A stretch of DNA of 63,115 bases, filler included, from Porpidia crustulata (taxonomy: Eukaryota), in the NCBI GenBank assembly GCA_964255105.1. It is 17 parts of 17 records of this genome, joined end to end, with 100 filler letters (N's around TTAATTAATTAA, not from the genome) between each part and the next. Parts side by side here need not be neighbours in the genome. Positions count along the whole stretch, not along the records: positions 55,843 to 59,430 come from CAXUWE010002282.1; positions 59,531 to 63,115 come from CAXUWE010002283.1; 15 more parts are not named here. One strand, given 5' to 3'. The number at the start of each line of letters is the position of its first letter. The stretch's first letter is position 1. Shown in pieces: positions 58,052 through 63,115 of the stretch. Position numbers and translations under genes: made by a program. The notes under the pieces are model-generated. The model ran no database searches. It was given only the letters and a program-made list of their open reading frames with translations, and was not told the origin of the DNA.

Positions 58052-59023
58052 ATGGAAGTGATCCACGAAGCTCCAGCCCCAGAATCTTATATCCCACTCT
58101 CAACCCATCAATCTCAAACCCCAGAATCCTTCTACTCCGGCCCTCCGGTACTCTACCACCATTCGCCCTCAGCGTCGCTTCGTATCCACGCCAGCGACCT
58201 TGCTGTCGCGCCCACTTTCTCGAGACTTGCGGATGGAACACCTCGCAGCCATGTAAACGGTTCAGCTACGGTCAATGGCAATCATGCAGAAGCAGAGGAT
58301 GAAGAAATCTCAATCCCTAACATTGATGTATGGGTAACGTCAGAGTGAGCTTCTCTCTCATTCTTAGCATTATAATTGGCAGTCTGGCTGATCAAATGGC
58401 TCAGACGCTTTATTCTCTTCTCTTCCAGCTTGACAGCTGGCCTCTCCATACCCTACCCCTCCATCTCACTACACGCCATCCAGCGCCCCACCCCCACCTC
58501 CCCAGCTTCTAAATTCCTACAAATCCAAACAGCATCACCCACCTTTGACGATCACGACCCCGATTCGACGATCTCCATATCCCTTATTCCTTCCACCTCA
58601 TCAAATCCCCCAACAGTCACAACTGGTGAAAATCAGTCAACTGACCCCACTTCCGCCCTCTTCACGGCTCTCTCCGCTTGTGCTAATCTCCATCCTGATC
58701 CTGTGCCTGGCTCTGAAGATGGTGATGCTGAGGACGCAAATATCGTCTTCGAAAGCGATGTAAACCGGGAAGGATATACGGTCACTGATCCTCCCGACAG
58801 CAGCTGGGGCGATTTACCACCGCCGATGCCTGGAAGTTGGGGCTGGATCACTGCTGAGAATGTTGGAGAGTTTTTCGATGAGGAGGGGAATTGGAAGGGC
58901 GAGGGCGAGCCGCCGAGGCTTGGTGGAGGGGTAGGTGTCGTCAGGGGACGAGAGGAAGAAGAGGATGGCGGCGAAGATGCGGATGGGGAAGGGGAGGAGA
59001 CGAAGTGGAGGAGAACAGGCTGA
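58052..59023 (+). CDS. LOT5: Lot5 / pICln (Voldacs domain) protein, 2 exons
   Basis: YIPLSTHQSQTPESFYSGPPVL, intron about 58345-58405, GLSIPYPSISLHAIQR, LFTALSACANLHPDP and PPPMPGSWGWITAENV. Confidence 0.85.
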
Positions 59024-59266
59024 GGGGCTAGCAGGAAGATTTCAAAACAAGAGACCTGGGTAAAGGTAACCTCAGGAAATCGGCGAGAGCCATCTTGACT
59101 ATCCTACCAATAGAGACTAATAAGATACCCGATCACGATGAAACAACAGGATACTAGCGAATCTATGAATCGATAAATATTATGGGCTCTGCGGTATATC
59201 GCTCTCGTCACTTTCTATACTCTTCGAGATTAGCCTCCCAAAAATCCGGGCAAAGGAGATTCTCCA

Positions 59267-59430
59267 CTATCCCTTCTGAAGCGCCATACCCCCAAATGCA
59301 CGGTCAAGCTCATCGCCTTCAGCCGTCCGAGTACCGTCCATCGTCGCAGCAACCAGCGGTCTCTCATCCTGCCTGTCCATAATACTGACGTCCGGACCCT
59401 CATGCCCCGCCCCCACTACCCTTCCAACCC
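59267..59430 (-). CDS. Possible C-terminal fragment of an unknown gene entering from the contig end
   Basis: Open frame from the contig end to TAG at 59269-59267 (...DERPLVAATMDG...ELDRAFGGMALQKG*); no family recognised. Confidence 0.3.
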
Positions 59431-59873
59431 NNNNNNNNNNNNNNNNNNNNNNNNNNNNNNNNNNNNNNNNNNNNTTAATTAATTAANNNNNNNNNNNNNN
59501 NNNNNNNNNNNNNNNNNNNNNNNNNNNNNNCCTCCATCCCCTTCCTCTCTTACCATCCCCCTTAAAGACTACACTATGGTGGGCCCGATTTGAATGCCAT
59601 TTACGTTGCGCGCTTCCCATTATGATGTTGCGAGCAAAGCGTTGTATACTGAGCGGCCAGTCATTCAGCAAAACGAGTTCATAAGTTTTAGCTTCGGAGG
59701 AGGACTGCTGAAGGGGGGATTCGGCGTACTTATTCACAACCGCCAAATAGAGAAGGGCGGACGAAGAGGAAGAAGCGACAATGAATGTTTTCGTGCGCTG
59801 CTAATTAGATACTACGCGACTATTCAAGATTTATAGAAAGTCTACGTCCAGAATCAATTGACCCAACGACATC

Positions 59874-61933
59874 CTAGGAAAGGCTAGCGAAATCGCGTGG
59901 AAGCACCTTCCAGCAGCCTACTTGACGGCCCTCCGCTTGACGATACAACCGCTCCCTCCAAGCTATTCGAGCCTCACGGTCTTGAGACAAAGACCTGGGA
60001 GGTCGAGGGCTTCCATAGCAAAAACGAGACCTAAGATTCCGAGCGCTGCTTCGAGGGTAAGGCGAAGACCCAGGAGGCTCATAGGGTTCCCCAAGAGACC
60101 TACAGAGCCTCTTGATAAAAAGCTCCTCCGGTGTAAAGGTAGAAAGGAGTACATCCCAGGCATACAACTGCCCGGGTCCGACCATCGTGACACACCAGTG
60201 CATCCTTTTTTTATCTTGAAGCTCGCTCCCCCATTCATAATGCTCGTCGACGTGGAAGTCGGGCCAGACTTCGTATCTTTTACTTCCTAATCTCATGGAA
60301 ACAAGGTTAAGTTTTTCGAGTCCTAAGGACCAAACAAAATTTGCCATATCCTCTGCTCGCTCTTTACTCAGGTTCGGTAGGCCGATGGATAGAACCTGCC
60401 CATGGTAGTTGTGTTCAGGAATCAATGTAATTGTAAGCTGACGAAGGTTTTCGAGAGTTCGAAGGACCTTTACTGCGCAAGGCGACTAAGAAAATCCAAT
60501 CAGTCATGGATCAACATTGGTAATTGGATCAATTTACTCTGAAACTGTGATCAACACGGACCAAATCTAGATGGAGGATCTGGATACCGGGACAACTATC
60601 TCGGAGCCATTCAAGAGTTGTCGAGTCAGGCTCCAAGACTGCATCGAATGCAATACGAGATCCTACGGTCTGAGGCCACCAAAGTTGATGGACTTCAAGT
60701 TTACGCAGGGTAGCTCCATGAAGACGGAGCGATCCTACAAGCTCCTGATCGAGTCCGTGGTCATCCAGAACGAGCTCTTCCAATCCTCTGAATGAGGCCA
60801 GGAAGGGGGCAACATGGAATTTCGGGGCTGGTGGCGAGAAAGTATCGGGCGGAACGAGGTCGTATGCGAAGGGGCTTGTGAACCTCAGCACCTTAAGATG
60901 AATGCCCCTCGGTACATTTTCGAGTCTTTGCAGCAGCTTCATCATGTCCTTACACCCCTTCAATTCAAGAGATGTAATCGCAGAAAAACAGATCTGTCTC
61001 ATCAAGTCTTCGCTTGACCTCATGAGACCACTGAGACCGAAGTGGTAGTATTCCAAGCTAATTTTTTTCAAGCTTAGTGGTGTATCATCACTCTCAATCG
61101 ACGGCGTACCATTAGAGGGGAAGTCTCCGTTGAAGACCTGACTACTATGGCCTTGCGTTCTCTGGTCTCTTAGACGTTCCAGAACATATGGCCGAATATA
61201 TGCACTGGGAAAGCCCGAATGCGCAATTGGGCGATACGTGACGGCCAGCTCTACCAATTTCGGGTTGTGGCTCATGAAGGGAAATGCTTGAAGATCTCCA
61301 AAGCTCTCATCTAATAGCTTTACATGAAATTTCTTGATTCCGGGATGAGCCTCAATAGCGGTTTTGAGCTGATCATCAATGGGTTCCAATCCGTTCCAGC
61401 TATACAATGCACGATTAGCCACCGCTATACCTTCTTAAACATTCCAATACAATCTGTAACACACCAAAAGACATTAAGCGACTCCAATAGAGGTAGAAGG
61501 TCAAGCACAAGGTTCGGATAACCCCTTTTCCAGATTTGGAGCGGGACAGTCACCATCATATTTCGTACATAATTTTGGTATTCGGGCTTAATATGCATCA
61601 AGAGACTCAGCAAAAATGATGTGTGCCGTGCTCCTATACCGGAGAAATCAAGCTCGATGCTGTGGTATAGCTGTTTGGTCGCAAAGAAGCCAAGTCCCTT
61701 ATGGACTCGACATAATGAGACAAGCTCATGTGTGGCTTTGATTTCACGAAGCTATGAAGGTATCCAGCAAATTAGTACTAATTAGTGACAGTAACGAGAA
61801 GGATTATCTCGTCGCAACTATAGCTTACCAATTTTGTAATCTGTAATAAGATTTCTCCGGGCAGGGAGGTCAAAAAGCACTTCTCTTTCGCTCTACTAAT
61901 CTGCTTCTCCATGACGAATGGAATCATCTTCAT
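59874..61933 (-). CDS. F-box/LRR-like hypothetical protein, multi-exon
   Basis: N-terminal F-box-like FLTSLPGEILLQITKL followed by a GTAAGC donor; LRR-like segments (ITSLELKGC, LEELVL, LRKLEVH, IQILHLDL) across ORFs 61425-61613, 60529-61422 and 59874-60425. Exon boundaries are only approximate. Confidence 0.55.
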
Positions 61934-62618
61934 CAAGAGCGGTTCAGTACCCCTATTATATATACAAAGGGCTTAATCCGCACCTTTCTGTAGATCTAGA
62001 CCATTGAGACTATCACCTGACAACGCCGTTCCCGATCGAGCAAACACTGGGAACAATGAGCTGTAGAGGACCACTGCAAGGCTCTGAAGGGTCCTAAAGT
62101 CGCAATTTTAAGCTCAACCTGCTGGTCGAGAATTTGCCCACAGCAGGCTATAAGAGTAGCGTGTAGGGAGATTACACGCAGAAGTGAAGAAGGATAAAAG
62201 CTTCTATGTCTTCAGCAAACATTCGAAAATTGTTGTCGCAAAAAATGAATATAAACGGAAAGAATAAAAGCTCTGCTTGTCTCCAAAATCATTGATGTTG
62301 ACTAAAGTTTGGGCGTTGTGTAAGTATTTGCAGACTTCGGTCTCGACCGTATACCAGGCTGCCGGTATCAAATCAGGAAGGTGGGCCTAACCGCATAGTT
62401 GCTTCCTACTTATATGATTGCAGTTGTGTTCATGTATTTCTGATATTTGCAAACACATTCGAGTCTTTGTGCCCCTTTCATGCAGTGGATTGATGGCAAT
62501 ACCTAGAACCTAGAGGTCAATATAGTGTAGACACAATAGCGTCAATCCAAGACATCTAATAACAACAACTCCTCAATACCGCCAAGCTCTATCATACCCG
62601 CACCTTGCTCTTTGACCC

Positions 62619-63115
62619 CTACCTCATCTCTCTCGCCGCCCCATCACCTACCCTAACCCTCCCTTGGCTCCCCCTGCGCCTGTCCCTGCATTCTTCAAAT
62701 CTCACATTCCATCTCTCCTCTTTCTTGAAAAGCCTGACCGCCTGCATCGCACTCGGCGTCCCTACATCAGGGTCTGCCCCCCCTTCCAGCAGAACCTCAA
62801 TCACTTCCTCCTCATTCTTAAACACTGCGCCCGCCAACGGGCTCTGACCCCGGTCATTCACTTGGTTTGGGTCTGCATTGTGTTGAAGGAGAAGACGGAC
62901 AAGAAGGGGATGGCCATGATAAGCGGAAAGCATGAGCTATTGGGGAGAGGTGGTGAGTTTTGTTAAGGGAAAAGAAGATCGGTCAAGGGCGAGATATGAG
63001 GAGGGGATTGGGATTTACCAAGCTATCCCCCTTGTCATTCGTCATACTCGCCGGTAACCCTCGCGGAAGCGCCTGCTCAAAAATATCCAGGCGGCCTTGG
63101 CGAGCGGCATCATAC
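62619..63115 (-). CDS. Small ankyrin-repeat protein, 5' truncated
   Basis: YDAARQG...TNDKGDSL|LMLSAYHGH...LLLQHNADPNQVNDRGQSPLAGAVFK...LLEGGADPD; intron about 62937-63018. Confidence 0.88.

Noticed and set aside
3654..59530. Regularly spaced TTAATTAATTAA palindromes about every 3.7 kb that look like an array
   Set aside because: They are embedded in N runs, identical, and separate length-sorted contigs: an artificial concatenation linker, not biology.
62651..62662. CCCTAACCCT telomere-like word in the ankyrin gene
   Set aside because: It lies in coding sequence (GRVRV) within a C-rich tract and has no TIRs; likely coincidental.
1..63115. CRISPR arrays, rRNA/tRNA genes, prophage, RIP-mutated repeats
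   Set aside because: None seen. The DNA is eukaryotic and intron-containing, with no spacer-repeat arrays and no long AT-rich, TpA-enriched relics.

Overview
This is not one locus. It is 17 short contigs (about 3.65 down to 3.59 kb, in decreasing length order) joined by artificial 100-bp N44-TTAATTAATTAA-N44 linkers, so adjacency across linkers is meaningless. The DNA is from a filamentous ascomycete (Pezizomycotina): short GT-AG introns with CTRAC-type branch sites, HET-domain genes and TTAGGG repeats. A lichen-forming fungus is plausible but not provable here. Recognisable genes: OST3, an Mde4-like coiled-coil protein, a histidine phosphatase, HEM25, PRP46, CHZ1, a PARP, a PP28 homologue, a Mup1-like permease, NUP85, FZO1, VPS2/DID4, LOT5, two HET-domain genes, a PD-(D/E)xK-like protein, LRR/F-box-like proteins and an ankyrin protein. 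Most interesting observations: (1) an intact single-ORF chimera of a Cpc1/Gcn4-type bZIP and an LTR-retrotransposon Gag capsid-like domain, with no pol or LTR visible, head-to-head with a host gene (candidate domesticated capsid-transcription factor); (2) a three-copy MITE family whose short interiors all keep a telomere-repeat core, two copies bracketing a HET gene as a possible composite transposon; (3) recurrent C-rich to G-rich strand-skew switch points independent of gene orientation; (4) splicing and ORF oddities: a 7-nt microexon, a GC-AG intron and a premature stop. All protein family calls come from motif recognition by eye; no searches were run.
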